Assembly (NCBI GenBank): GCA_946621465.1
Contig: CAMOOO010000003.1
Location: 119,389-183,388 of the forward strand
Length of the DNA stretch: 64,000 bases
Source of the DNA: an uncultured Clostridia bacterium
GTDB lineage: Bacteria > Bacillota > Clostridia > Christensenellales > DTU072
Direction: 5' to 3'
In this document: positions 8,621-18,900 of the stretch, in pieces
Layout: every line of letters starts with the position of its first letter
How positions within the stretch are numbered: position 1 is the first letter of the stretch
The notes under the pieces: model-generated
Seen by the model: the letters and a program-made list of their open reading frames with translations, nothing else
Databases searched by the model: none
Told to the model about the DNA's origin: nothing
Translations under genes and position numbers: made by a program

Positions 8621-9946
8621 TTATTTTCCTACGCAGAAGTTTTTGAAAACGTTGTCGATGACAGCGTCGCTGACGTTCGTTCCGGTGATTTGTCCGAGGG
8701 TGTCCAGTGCGGAACGGATATCGGAGAGGGTGCATTCTACGGGTGCGCTTCCGAAGGTAGCCAAAGCGGCGGCAAGATACTTTTTGCACTCGGTCAGTGC
8801 GGCAATGTGCCGCTCGTTGGTCAGGATGCCTTGCGAATAGACGGCGTCGTAATTGAGAATGGACAGTATTTTATCCGTGACTGTCGTCACACCTTCGCCG
8901 GTGTTTGCGCAGATTTCTATTGCGCCCGGACGGGAATAGACTTTTTTATCCGATTTGTTGCCGATAAGAATGTGCTTCTTGTCCCCAATAAGGTCGAATA
9001 TCTCCCTTTCTTCCGGCGTTAGCGGTTGGGATAGGTCAACCATAAAGAGGATGAGGTCTGCCCCTTCTATGGCCTTTTTGGAGCGTTCTACTCCGATTTT
9101 TTCGATGACGTCTCCGCCGTCTCGAATGCCGGCGGTGTCAAGGAAGTTGAGTTTAATACCGCCTAGTTCAATGCTCTCGCAAAGAACGTCGCGCGTGGTG
9201 CCGGCGATGTCGCTGACAATGGCCCTATCCGATTGTACAAGGGCGTTTAATAAGGTGCTTTTTCCTACGTTCGGTAATCCGACGATGGCGATATTCGCAC
9301 CCAAACGAACGGTTTTGGCATAGGTCGTCGAGGCGAGCAGGGCATCCGCTTCTTTGAGGGCAAAACGCAGTGCTTCTTCCGCTTGCGGAAAGGTGTCTTC
9401 TTCCGTTTCTTCCGGATAGTCCAATTTTACTTCCAACATCGCCATGGCGGCAACGAGGCGTTTTTCACTCTCGTAGAGACCTTGTAATAGTTTTCCGTCG
9501 GCAAGCCTGTAAGCGTTATAAATTGCGCTTTCGCTCTCGGCGTTAATGACGTCGAGGAGTCCTTCTGCCTCGGCCAGTGTCAGCTTGCCGTTGAGAAATG
9601 CGCGCTTTGTGAATTCTCCTGCCTGAGCCGGGCGCGCTCCCTTTTCTCTTAGCAAACGCACGATGGCTTCGGTCACGGCGATGCCGCCGTGGCAGTGCAA
9701 TTCCGCCACGTCCTCTCCGGTATAGGAATGAGGGGCGGCAAAAAACACGGCGAATGCGCGCTCGGAAAAATTCTTCCCGTTGACCCTGCCCAGGTACATA
9801 TAGTTGGGTTGCGGCGAAGAGGGGAGTTTGGCAGAAGAAAAGACGCTTTGCACGATAGCAAAAGCGTCTTCACCGCTTACTTTAATAATATTGATAGCCG
9901 ATGCCGTAGCGATGGAAGTCGCAACGGCGACAATGGTGTCACTCAC
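8621..9946 (-). CDS. mnmE: tRNA modification GTPase MnmE (TrmE)
   Basis: G1 motif GLPNVGKSTLLN, DTAGIR, NKSD, C-terminal FCVGK, and position in the jag-yidC-rnpA-rpmH cluster. Confidence 0.93.
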   Translation of the reverse strand: MSDTIVAVATSIATASAINIIKVSGEDAFAIVQSVFSSAKLPSSPQPNYMYLGRVNGKNFSERAFAVFFAAPHSYTGEDVAELHCHGGIAVTEAIVRLLREKGARPAQAGEFTKRAFLNGKLTLAEAEGLLDVINAESESAIYNAYRLADGKLLQGLYESEKRLVAAMAMLEVKLDYPEETEEDTFPQAEEALRFALKEADALLASTTYAKTVRLGANIAIVGLPNVGKSTLLNALVQSDRAIVSDIAGTTRDVLCESIELGGIKLNFLDTAGIRDGGDVIEKIGVERSKKAIEGADLILFMVDLSQPLTPEEREIFDLIGDKKHILIGNKSDKKVYSRPGAIEICANTGEGVTTVTDKILSILNYDAVYSQGILTNERHIAALTECKKYLAAALATFGSAPVECTLSDIRSALDTLGQITGTNVSDAVIDNVFKNFCVGK

Positions 9947-9956
9947 AGTTGATTAC

Positions 9957-10757
9957 TTAAAAGAACTTTCTCTTTTCGTAGCCGTAGCTTTTGGTACGGG
10001 AGGGACCCTTTCTGCGGAAAGAAGAATCGGTACCGTAGCTCATCTGTCCGCTCTTGGGAACGATGATGACGTGACGCTCGCTTCCTTCGCCTTCGGAACG
10101 GGTCTCCGCTTCATAACTGTTTTGCAAAGCGGTATGGATGATGCGGCGTTCATAGCTGTTCATCGGTTCGAGAGCGATCTCTTTGTGCGTTTTGAAGGCT
10201 TGCGAAGCCAAACGACGAGCCATAGCGATCAGCGTCTTTTTTCTTCTTTCACGGTAGAAGTCCGCGTCAACGATAACGCTGATATGGGGTCCTTCGTTTT
10301 TCTGATTGATATAATGGCTGGTCAGGACCTGAATAGCCTCCAACGTTTCTCCCTTGTAACCGATGAAACGTTTAGCATCCTCGCTGCCGATGTAGAAGCA
10401 AAGTTCGTCATCGCGGATTTTCGCCTCGAATTTATCGGAAGCGCCGGCGGCTTTCATAAGTCCGGCAAAGAACTGTCTGCCTTCTTCCAATTTTTCTTTC
10501 AGTGTTTCATAGCTTACCTGTCCCTTTTCGGGAACGGCGGTTTCGGTCTCTTCGGTAGCCTCGGCGGTTTCGCTCAGTTCCGGTACTTCGGCGAGGTCCT
10601 CTTTGGGAGTGATACGGACGACGGCTTTGGAAAAAATGCCACCCGTTGCGATTACTTCGATATCTACTTGATCTTCTGTCAGGTTCAAACTCTCCAAACC
10701 TTTCTTTTTTGCGGCATCTACGTTGGACGCCTTGAATTCATAGGATTGTTTTTCCAT
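9957..10757 (-). CDS. jag: Jag/KhpB RNA-binding protein (Jag_N + KH + R3H)
   Basis: KH-like GYKGETLEAIQ, R3H-like NSYERRIIHTAL, and conserved position downstream of yidC. Confidence 0.88.
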   Translation of the reverse strand: MEKQSYEFKASNVDAAKKKGLESLNLTEDQVDIEVIATGGIFSKAVVRITPKEDLAEVPELSETAEATEETETAVPEKGQVSYETLKEKLEEGRQFFAGLMKAAGASDKFEAKIRDDELCFYIGSEDAKRFIGYKGETLEAIQVLTSHYINQKNEGPHISVIVDADFYRERRKKTLIAMARRLASQAFKTHKEIALEPMNSYERRIIHTALQNSYEAETRSEGEGSERHVIIVPKSGQMSYGTDSSFRRKGPSRTKSYGYEKRKFF

Positions 10758-10779
10758 ATTTATATCTCCTTAAATGTGG

Positions 10780-11874
10780 TTATTTTTTGTAAGTAGTGGA
10801 TAAAATACGGTCTTTCTCGGCTTCGTCCTTCTTTTTGGTGATGAGAGTATACGTCAAATTGAGAATGATGGAGAAAAACATATTTACGAACATATACAGC
10901 GTGAACGCTGCAGAGTAGAACAGAGCAAAGACGAACATCATTACCGGCATAATGTATTGCATCATTTTTGCCTGGGATTGTTGCGCCTTTTTTTGTTCTT
11001 CCGTCTGTCCCGGTGTGGTGACGGTGGCGTTTTGCTGTTGTTGCATCATCGGTTTATTGATGAATATGGATGCGACGTTCAGTAAGAGAACGAGGACGGG
11101 CAGAATGAGATACCCGTTCCAACCGGTGTATTCTCTGTTCAATCCGCCCATGACGTTGTTGTATTCGTCTTCGCGGACCTTTACCGAGCTGTTAGTCTTT
11201 CCGGCGGTCATTATGGGAGAATCCCAGTTATCGCCGGCAAAGATATTTTTGACCCAGAAGAAAGACTCTTTGTATTCGCTGTTATATAGATCTACGACGG
11301 CTTTCTGTCCGGCGGCTATGGCAGTTTTGTCGATGGTATCTCTTTGTTCGTCGGTCAGCTCCGCGTCATCTTCCAGCCCGAGTGCTTTTACCTCTTTGTC
11401 GTATTCTACTTCATAAACGGTCTTGTATTCGGCCTTCAGAGCGTTGTAGGTGGTGGCGTTGTGCGTTGCGACCGCGCCGTTGAAGCCGGCAAAGACGATA
11501 AAGAATACCACCATTGTGATAACGAGAGGCAGGCAGGAACCGAACATGGAGTATTTATATTTTTTATAAACCTCCCGTTGTTTCTGCGCAAGAAGTTCCC
11601 GATTGCTACCGCACTGTTTGGTGATCTTTTCCAGTTCCGGTTTCATTGCCTCCATTTTCTTGGCGTTTTTACGCATTACCGATTTTTGCCAGATATCGAG
11701 GGGGGAGACGAGAACTTTCAAAAACAGAGTAAACATAATAGTGGTCACGCTGAACGCACCCACTACCGTCCAATTATCCGACCAAGTTTTCACCCACGCG
11801 TACAGGTATTTGTAAATCAAATCGCCTATCGCGTTGCTGAGTGCATTGGCGGAGAGTAAATTCATAAAGTCCAT
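10780..11874 (-). CDS. yidC: YidC/Oxa1-family membrane protein insertase
   Basis: Multi-pass membrane protein located between yidD and jag. Lys-rich C-terminal tail typical of Gram-positive YidC/SpoIIIJ. Confidence 0.85.
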   Translation of the reverse strand: MDFMNLLSANALSNAIGDLIYKYLYAWVKTWSDNWTVVGAFSVTTIMFTLFLKVLVSPLDIWQKSVMRKNAKKMEAMKPELEKITKQCGSNRELLAQKQREVYKKYKYSMFGSCLPLVITMVVFFIVFAGFNGAVATHNATTYNALKAEYKTVYEVEYDKEVKALGLEDDAELTDEQRDTIDKTAIAAGQKAVVDLYNSEYKESFFWVKNIFAGDNWDSPIMTAGKTNSSVKVREDEYNNVMGGLNREYTGWNGYLILPVLVLLLNVASIFINKPMMQQQQNATVTTPGQTEEQKKAQQSQAKMMQYIMPVMMFVFALFYSAAFTLYMFVNMFFSIILNLTYTLITKKKDEAEKDRILSTTYKK

Positions 11875-12104
11875 TTGGCATTACCTCTGAGATTTTCTTT
11901 GACGGGATCATAACCGCCTTTGGAAAAATGATTACAACGCAAAATTCTGCCTGCACCCATCAGTATTCCCCGAATGACTCCGTATCGTTCAATGGCGTCG
12001 TACGTATACATGGAACAGGTGGGAGTGTATTTGCATCGGGCGGAAATAGAAGGGGAGATGAATTTTTTGTACAGTCGCAACAGAAAAAAGCAAAACCGTT
12101 TCAT
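11862..12104 (-). CDS. yidD: Membrane protein insertion efficiency factor YidD
   Basis: Signature CKYTPTCSMYTYDAIERYG. 80 aa. Overlaps yidC and rnpA in the usual arrangement. Confidence 0.9.
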   Translation of the reverse strand: MKRFCFFLLRLYKKFISPSISARCKYTPTCSMYTYDAIERYGVIRGILMGAGRILRCNHFSKGGYDPVKENLRGNAKWTL

Positions 12105-12442
12105 TCTTGAATTTCCGAATAAACCCCGAGTTTTTTCAGGGCGTAGATGAGTTCCGCGTTGATTTCATCGCTGGTAGCGTCGGCGCAAGCCGAACGGGCT
12201 ACGACAACAAAATTGTTTTTTGCGTCAACGTTGGGTATCAGTAGGCGAAATCGTTCGCCAATACGGCGTTTTACACGGCTCCGAACCACACTGTTACCTA
12301 CCTTTTTACCGACGACGATTCCTATTTTCAGGTTGTGCGCGGGAACTTTGTACACACTCAAACGGGTGGTTGAACGACAAACCCCGTGACGATAGATGTA
12401 AGCAAAGCTTCCTCGTTGCGTCAAACGGTAAATTTTTTGCAT
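12101..12442 (-). CDS. rnpA: Ribonuclease P protein component
   Basis: 113 aa basic protein with VGKKVGNSVVRSRVKRRIGERFR (RNR-type motif), immediately downstream of rpmH. Confidence 0.9.
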   Translation of the reverse strand: MQKIYRLTQRGSFAYIYRHGVCRSTTRLSVYKVPAHNLKIGIVVGKKVGNSVVRSRVKRRIGERFRLLIPNVDAKNNFVVVARSACADATSDEINAELIYALKKLGVYSEIQE

Positions 12443-12457
12443 GAGAAAGGACTCGTA

Positions 12458-12592
12458 TTATGCGGAAAGTTTAGCTCTGCCCTTTGCTCTTCTTCTTTTG
12501 AGGACGTTGCGGCCGTTCTTGGTCGACATTCTCTCACGGAATCCGTGCTCTTTGCTTCTTTGTCTCTTTTTGGGTTGATAGGTTCTTTTCAT
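12458..12592 (-). CDS. rpmH: 50S ribosomal protein L34
   Basis: Not in the ORF track (44 aa). My translation of the minus strand gives [44 protein letters not shown], a canonical L34 sequence. Confidence 0.95.
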   Translation of the reverse strand: MKRTYQPKKRQRSKEHGFRERMSTKNGRNVLKRRRAKGRAKLSA

Positions 12593-12664
12593 AGTTAAAA
12601 TTCCTCGCGTGAATTATTATTTATATTACTTTCTTTTACAAAAGATATATATCAATATTATGTA

Positions 12665-12693
12665 ATTATATAGAACAATTTTATTTTTGTCAA
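12665..12693 (-). promoter_or_regulatory. Promoter of the rpmH-rnpA-yidD-yidC-jag-mnmE operon
   Basis: Minus strand reads TTGACA, 17 nt spacer, TATAAT. About 65 nt upstream of the rpmH start. Confidence 0.65.
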
Positions 12694-12733
12694 TAAAAAA
12701 CGACCGTTCTCTCCCATTGAGAAGACTAAAATA

Positions 12734-12762
12734 TTGCAAAAAGGGGTGTTTTGTGGTATAAT
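12734..12762 (+). promoter_or_regulatory. addBA promoter
   Basis: TTGCAA, 17 nt spacer, TATAAT with TGg extension. The ATG at 12770 lies at the expected +1, and there is no Shine-Dalgarno sequence in between. Confidence 0.6.
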
Positions 12763-12769
12763 GACGGGC

Positions 12770-15700
12770 ATGAGACTGTACTGTATCGACTCCAATACCA
12801 CCCTCGGAGGACATCGCGGACTGCTCGAGAGATTGAAAAAAAATCATCTCCCCGGTTCCAAACATATTTTTATCGTTCCCGATAGATATACCCTTGGCGT
12901 GGAAAAGGAAATTTGCGAGAGTTGCTTTCCCGACGGGACTTTTTCCGTCGATACGTTCAGTTTTACTCGTTTGGCGATAAAAGGTCTGGGGAACGTCGCT
13001 CTCGACTGTCTCACCAAAGAGGGTACGGTGCTTCTTTTGCACCGGGTGATCGGAGAATGTAACGACAGACTGGTCTATTATAAAAATATCCGCAGCGTTG
13101 GTTTCGCACGGGAACTGTTCGCCGCCATAGCCTCCCTTCGTTCAGGGGGTATCACGCCGGACGCTATAAGGGAGAAGCTGCCTGACTTTGAGAAGGGTAC
13201 CGCCGATAAATTGGCCGATATCGCGTTACTGTATGAAGAATACGAAAAGGCGCTCGTTGGCAGACTGGACACCGTAACCAGGGTGGAACTATTGGAAGAA
13301 AGGCTGGCGGAGATCCCGTGGATTGCCGAAAGTCACGTCTACGTTCTCGGTTTTAACGTCTATTCCGACTTGCAGATTCGTTTGATAAAAAAGATGTTGT
13401 TGGTCTGCCCCTCCGTTTCCATTTCCTTTTGCAGGGGCATGGGCGGAAGTAACGTCTTTTGTTTTCCGTCTGATCAGCGTAGCCTCCTTATCGACTGGTG
13501 CAAAGAAAAGGGCGTCCCCGTATTGTACGAACGCACCGAAGAACAACTGTTAGAGCCGTTTAAGACGCTCCATAAGGAGATGTTCGGCTTCGGAGAGCCG
13601 AAGGACGTCTTTACCCCCGAACAAAAACAAAAAGTCCGGGTGTTTTCGGCGGAAAACCCATATGAAGAAGTCAAATGCGCCTGTCGAGAAATTCGGCAGC
13701 TTGTTTTTTCGTCGGGATATAGATATAAGGATATCGCCGTCAGTTGCAACGATGAAAATTATCTACCCGTTTTGCGGACCATTTTCGCCCGTTTCGGCAT
13801 ACCCTGTTTCACCGATGAAAAATTCCCGGTAAAGAGGTCGTTTGCCGCCCGATTCCTGTTTTCGGCCTTGCAGGCGATCTGTTCGGAATACGCTCTTTCC
13901 GACGTTATCGAGTGTATCCGATCCCCCCTTTCCGGTATTTCGTTTGAGGAAGTCCGAGTGCTGGAAAACTACTGCATTAAGTATAACGTATCCTATTCCG
14001 GACTGCTTTCTCCCTTTACCTACGGGGAGTGCGAGGAGGCGGAATCGGTCCGTCAAAAGGCAATATCCGTCTTAAACCGCGTACCCCGTAGCGGGCGCAT
14101 AGAGGACTATTGCGACTTTATGACGTCCGTCGCTTGTTCGCCGGAAATGGAGAAAATAAAAGAGGAACATACCGAAGGAGCGTCCAACGCCCTTCTTGCC
14201 TACATGGACACCGAAGGTTTCCTTTCGGTGGCGGAAGAAATCAAAAAGCTGTGCGCCGGTATGGAAATGACCCCGGCGGCGTTTGCCGAATTATTGTCCT
14301 CTACGCTGGAAGGCATGAGCATAAGTTTATTGCCCCAATATATTGATTGCGTCTTTATCGGGAATACGTCGGACAGTCGATTTTCCGACGTAAAAGCCCT
14401 GTTCGTGTTGGGGGCAAACGATGGAAACTTCCCCGTGCAAACGGCCGATCCGCTGATTATCAGCTGTTTCGACAGCGAGATCATGCGCCAAAACGGACTG
14501 CACGTCTATCCTGCGCCGGCAGAAGCCAATCTGTTTGAGAAGTTCGCCGTGATCGATCTGTGTTCCAAACCGGAGCGTCTGTACGTCGGGTACGGACGAT
14601 CGGGCTTTTCGGGAGAGAAGAAAGAGCCGGGCGAGGGCGTTAAAGAAATACTACGGCGGCTTTTCATTAAAGAAAAACCTCTCTTTACCTATTACGACTT
14701 TACTGACGAAGAGCGGCTTTTGTACATTCTTTCCTGTCCGGAGAACGCCTACTATGAATACGTTTCCGGCAAAATACCTCCTGCGTACGCCGATGCCGTC
14801 AAAGGGTATCTTACGGCAAAGGGGTACGACCTGGAAGAAGTAAAAAGAGACGACCGGTGTCGACCGCTGGATGGGTATCGGAAAGAAGGGGACGGGTACG
14901 GTATTTCCGTCACCACCTTAGAACATTATTTCCGCTGTCCCTATTATCATTTTTTGAACGACGTATTAAAGGTCAGGCCGAAAGAGGAAGGACAGTTGCA
15001 GCTCAATGAAAAGGGCAGTTTGGTCCATGCGGTCTTAGAGGATTATTTCCGCACTAATGTAAGGGATCTGAAAACGGCAACCGATATTCCTGCGCGGATA
15101 AGCAACAGCATAAATAAGATCTTTTCCCGGGCGGAATACGTCCGCTTCTTTGTCGACGCCGTCTCCGCTTATGAAATGAACGGACTGAAAAAAGAATGCG
15201 CCGAGGTACTGAAAGCACTGACGGAGAACGCTATCAATTCCCAATTCGTCCCCACCTATTTCGAGGTGCGGTTCGGACAAAAGGAAAAGATCAAATTGAC
15301 GGTGAACGGAGAGAACTTTTATTTCAGCGGCGTAATCGACCGCGCCGACGTCAGCGGAAAGGATATCGTCATCATCGACTACAAAACGGGCGCGATCGAA
15401 CCGGAATACGAAAAGATATTCGACGGAGAAAAGATACAGCTATACGTCTACCTCAAACACTTTTTGGATAAAGGGTATTCTCCGGCAGGGACGTTCTATC
15501 AGCCCATCCACGGCGGATATTCGGCAAAAGGCAGGTCGTACGCGATGCAGGGGCAGATGCGATCCGATGCGGATACCTACCTTCGACTGGACCAAAGAAT
15601 GAAAAGTCCGGAGGACGGCACCTTTGAGAGCGACACCGTTTTCTTTCCTTGCAATTATAAAAACGGAGAAATCTCTTTCCCCAGGAATAAAAAGTATCTT

Positions 15701-15916
15701 TTGCGAGAAGACGACTTCAGAACAATATCCGATTATGTATTCAGGGCAGCCGAACAGGCAATTTCGGATATCCAAAACGGAGATATTGACAAAAATCCGA
15801 TAGAGGGGAAGTGCGAATACTGCCCCTACGTAAAGATGTGCGGAGAACAGACGGAGCGGAAAAGACCGTCGATTACCATAGAAGACTTCGGGAAGGGAGA
15901 GGAAGATGGAATTTAA
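12770..15916 (+). CDS. addB: ATP-dependent helicase/deoxyribonuclease subunit B (AddB)
   Basis: C-terminal RecB-type nuclease with Fe-S cysteines (YFRCPYYHFL ... IIDYKTG ... GKCEYCPYVKMCG), immediately upstream of and overlapping addA. The start is moved from the track's TTG at 12734 (which is the -35 hexamer) to the ATG at 12770 (MRLYCIDS...). Confidence 0.88.
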   Translation: MRLYCIDSNTTLGGHRGLLERLKKNHLPGSKHIFIVPDRYTLGVEKEICESCFPDGTFSVDTFSFTRLAIKGLGNVALDCLTKEGTVLLLHRVIGECNDRLVYYKNIRSVGFARELFAAIASLRSGGITPDAIREKLPDFEKGTADKLADIALLYEEYEKALVGRLDTVTRVELLEERLAEIPWIAESHVYVLGFNVYSDLQIRLIKKMLLVCPSVSISFCRGMGGSNVFCFPSDQRSLLIDWCKEKGVPVLYERTEEQLLEPFKTLHKEMFGFGEPKDVFTPEQKQKVRVFSAENPYEEVKCACREIRQLVFSSGYRYKDIAVSCNDENYLPVLRTIFARFGIPCFTDEKFPVKRSFAARFLFSALQAICSEYALSDVIECIRSPLSGISFEEVRVLENYCIKYNVSYSGLLSPFTYGECEEAESVRQKAISVLNRVPRSGRIEDYCDFMTSVACSPEMEKIKEEHTEGASNALLAYMDTEGFLSVAEEIKKLCAGMEMTPAAFAELLSSTLEGMSISLLPQYIDCVFIGNTSDSRFSDVKALFVLGANDGNFPVQTADPLIISCFDSEIMRQNGLHVYPAPAEANLFEKFAVIDLCSKPERLYVGYGRSGFSGEKKEPGEGVKEILRRLFIKEKPLFTYYDFTDEERLLYILSCPENAYYEYVSGKIPPAYADAVKGYLTAKGYDLEEVKRDDRCRPLDGYRKEGDGYGISVTTLEHYFRCPYYHFLNDVLKVRPKEEGQLQLNEKGSLVHAVLEDYFRTNVRDLKTATDIPARISNSINKIFSRAEYVRFFVDAVSAYEMNGLKKECAEVLKALTENAINSQFVPTYFEVRFGQKEKIKLTVNGENFYFSGVIDRADVSGKDIVIIDYKTGAIEPEYEKIFDGEKIQLYVYLKHFLDKGYSPAGTFYQPIHGGYSAKGRSYAMQGQMRSDADTYLRLDQRMKSPEDGTFESDTVFFPCNYKNGEISFPRNKKYLLREDDFRTISDYVFRAAEQAISDIQNGDIDKNPIEGKCEYCPYVKMCGEQTERKRPSITIEDFGKGEEDGI

Positions 15917-18900
15917 GTGGAGCGAGGAACAGAAGGCAGTCTTTGACACCCGCGGGAACGTCCTTGTTTCCGCTTCTGCAGGCAGTGGAAAAACCACCGT
16001 CATGATCGAGAAGATTCTTCGCCTTATCGAAGAAGGACAGGACCTTAGACGGATACTCGTGATGACCTTTTCCCGGGCGTCCGCCATGGACATGAAGACC
16101 AAACTGGTCGAGAAGATGTATAAGCGTCTGTCCTTCGGTGGTGAAACGGAACGCATCCGTAAGCAGCTGGAGAATATTCCCTTTGCCAATATCAGCACCA
16201 TCAACAGTTTTTGTTACACCCTCGCTAAGCGGTACTTTTCCGCAGCCGGTATCGACCCGTCCTGCTCCATCATGGACGATAAGGAGCAGGAGAGCCTGTT
16301 CGACGCCTGTCTGGACAGAACGATCAAAAAACAATTGGAAAAAAAATCGCCTGACCCGTCCTTTATCCGCGCCCTCGGATACTTTTCCGAAAAACGCAGT
16401 ATCGGCGGCATAAAGAGAGTTATTTGCTCTCTCCATACCTTTTTATCGGCGCAAGAAGACCCGGAAGAATTCCTCGGCAGAGCAAACGGCATGGAAAAGA
16501 CGGAGGAGTATTACCTCGAAAGAATGCGGCGGAAGCTATTCAGACTGCAAACGGAAGGAAGGGAGATCCTTCGGGAAAAGAGAGAACAAAACTACCCGGC
16601 GCGTGACGAAGTGTACAGAGACTGCATTTTGCGAATGGAGAATGCGACAAAGGGAGGAATAAGAGAGTTTTTCTCGGAGATATCCGGTATGGAAGTGCCG
16701 GCAAGAAATCCCCATTCAAGCGACTGCAAAAAAGGATTTCTTCTTTCCGAACTGTGCGACAGGTGCGGAGAATTTTTGGCAAAGATGCGCAAGCTGAAAA
16801 GCGAAACGGAAAGCGATCGGGCGTTGTATGAACAGGGGGATAGCGACGAAGAAATAAAAAAGGTCGTCATCAAACTGTACCAAGAGAACAAAGCAGAGTA
16901 CGAAGATAGAAAAAAACAGCGTTCGGTGATGGACTTTAACGATGCCGAACGGGCGGCTCTGAACATTCTCAAATGGGAAGAATACCGAGAGGAGATAAGA
17001 AAGAGTTTCGACTATATCTTCATCGACGAATACCAGGACACCAACTATCTGCAAGAGGCCCTTCTTGTCGGACTGAGCCGGGGGGATAATCTGTTCGTGG
17101 TAGGAGACGTCAAACAGGCGATCTATCATTTCCGCTACGCAGAACCGGAGATATTCGTCCACCGCAAAAAAAGATACGAGAACGTGAGCGAGGGGAACAG
17201 CAGACTACTCAACGACAATTACCGCTCCTGCAATCGGATATTGACTTTTACCAACGAGGTCTGCGCCGAAGTTATGACCGACCTCTTCGGCGGCGTGGAC
17301 TACCGTGCGGAAGCGATGCTGCATAGCGGCTTAGGGGAGGAAGGCGCGGAGGATGCCGTTCGCATCTATACCTATCCGGAAGAGGAAACCGTCCCGGTCC
17401 CCGTAGAAAACGTCTATCGCGTCAAGACGGGGAGCAAGATCGCCAAACGGGACAGAGAGGCGGCTTTTATTGCCGACGAGATAGCAAGGCAACATGCCCG
17501 GGGCAGAAAGTACGAGGAGTTCGCCGTTTTGTTCAAGAAGAGAAAGGGCATCCCCGGCGTTGCCAAAGAATTGAAAAAGAGGGGCATTCCTTACTTCGTA
17601 CAACAGGATAAAAAATCAACTTTGCCGGAAAGGGAAACCATAATCGACTGTTTGAGACTCCTTTTAAACGATTTTGACGATATTGCCATGATTAACGTCT
17701 TAACGGAGATGTTCGGATTCGGCGCAAAAGAACTTCTGGACGTGCGTTTGTCCTCGGAAAAGAGCTTTTCCGAGGCGGTACTGTGTTATCAGGGGCCGCA
17801 CGGAGAAAAACTGGCGGAATTCCGCGAGCAGATTGTCAAATGGAGATTCGACGCCGAGTACCTGACGGTGGCTGACCTGATGCGCGAGATAATAAAGAGC
17901 GGCTATGACGCCGTACTGATGAAGAAGGGCGTCATCGGACAAATAAACGCTTTTATACTTTTCGTAGAACAACAGGCGGATAAAATGAGCCTGGGAGAGT
18001 TCATCCGCTATTACGATACCGTTTACGACGGGAACATTACCCCTGCGCCCCCCTCGTCGGTTACGCTGATGACCCAGCACGGGAGCAAAGGATTGGAGTT
18101 CCCCGTTGTCTTCCTGCCCTATTCCACTGCGGCAAAAAGAACGAGAGGGCAAAGGGAGTCTATCGTCTGCGACAGAGATCTGGGGATCGCTTTGTATCGG
18201 TATTCGGACGATTTCAAGATGGAAAAAACCTTTTCGCTGTACGTTATGGCGATGAAGAAAAGGGCGGAAGAACAGGAAAGTGATCTGAGGCTGGCATACG
18301 TGGCGTTTACCAGGGCAAAAGAGAAATTGATCATTACCGGCATGGAGAAGAATTACAACGGGGAGGCAGAAGACGCCGCTTGCGTTATGGACTGGCTCCT
18401 GTATGCTAAGCAGCGGAACGGAGAGCTGGAAAAATACTTTTTACCTATGCCCGAGACGGAGGATAAAGAAGAGGTCCCATGCGCCGTTCAACCGGTACAA
18501 CTGGATCTGACGAAACTGGAAAAAACGTACCCGTTCGAGAAAAGCACCAAAACCTACGCTAAGACGAGCGTGTCGGGAATACTGCAACAGGAAGAGTCCA
18601 AAGGGGTACGGACGTTACCTGCGGAGAGCGCGCAAAAAGCGGAAGTAGGGAACGCCATGCACGCGGTGCTGCGGTTTATTGATTTTTCCGCACAGGGCAA
18701 AGAAGAAGTGGCTTTTGAGATAGACAGAATGGTGAAAGAGGGTCTGCTTACGGAGAGGGAGAGAGAACTTGCCGATTGTCAAAAGATCGCCGAGGTCCTT
18801 TCCGCGCCGGAGATGGCGCCGGCAAAGAGCAACCCACTGTATCGGGAATACCCCTTTATCGCCTACGTTCATCCCAAAGACAATCCCGTCGATAAAATTC

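Noticed and set aside
12593-12769. The AT-rich 177-bp divergent region between rpmH and addB as a candidate oriC
   Set aside because: I found no DnaA-box matches (TTATCCACA/TGTGGATAA). The nearest look-alike, TGTGGTATAA, is simply the TGn-extended -10 of the addB promoter. dnaA and dnaN are absent from the window. The AT-richness is accounted for by two back-to-back consensus promoters.
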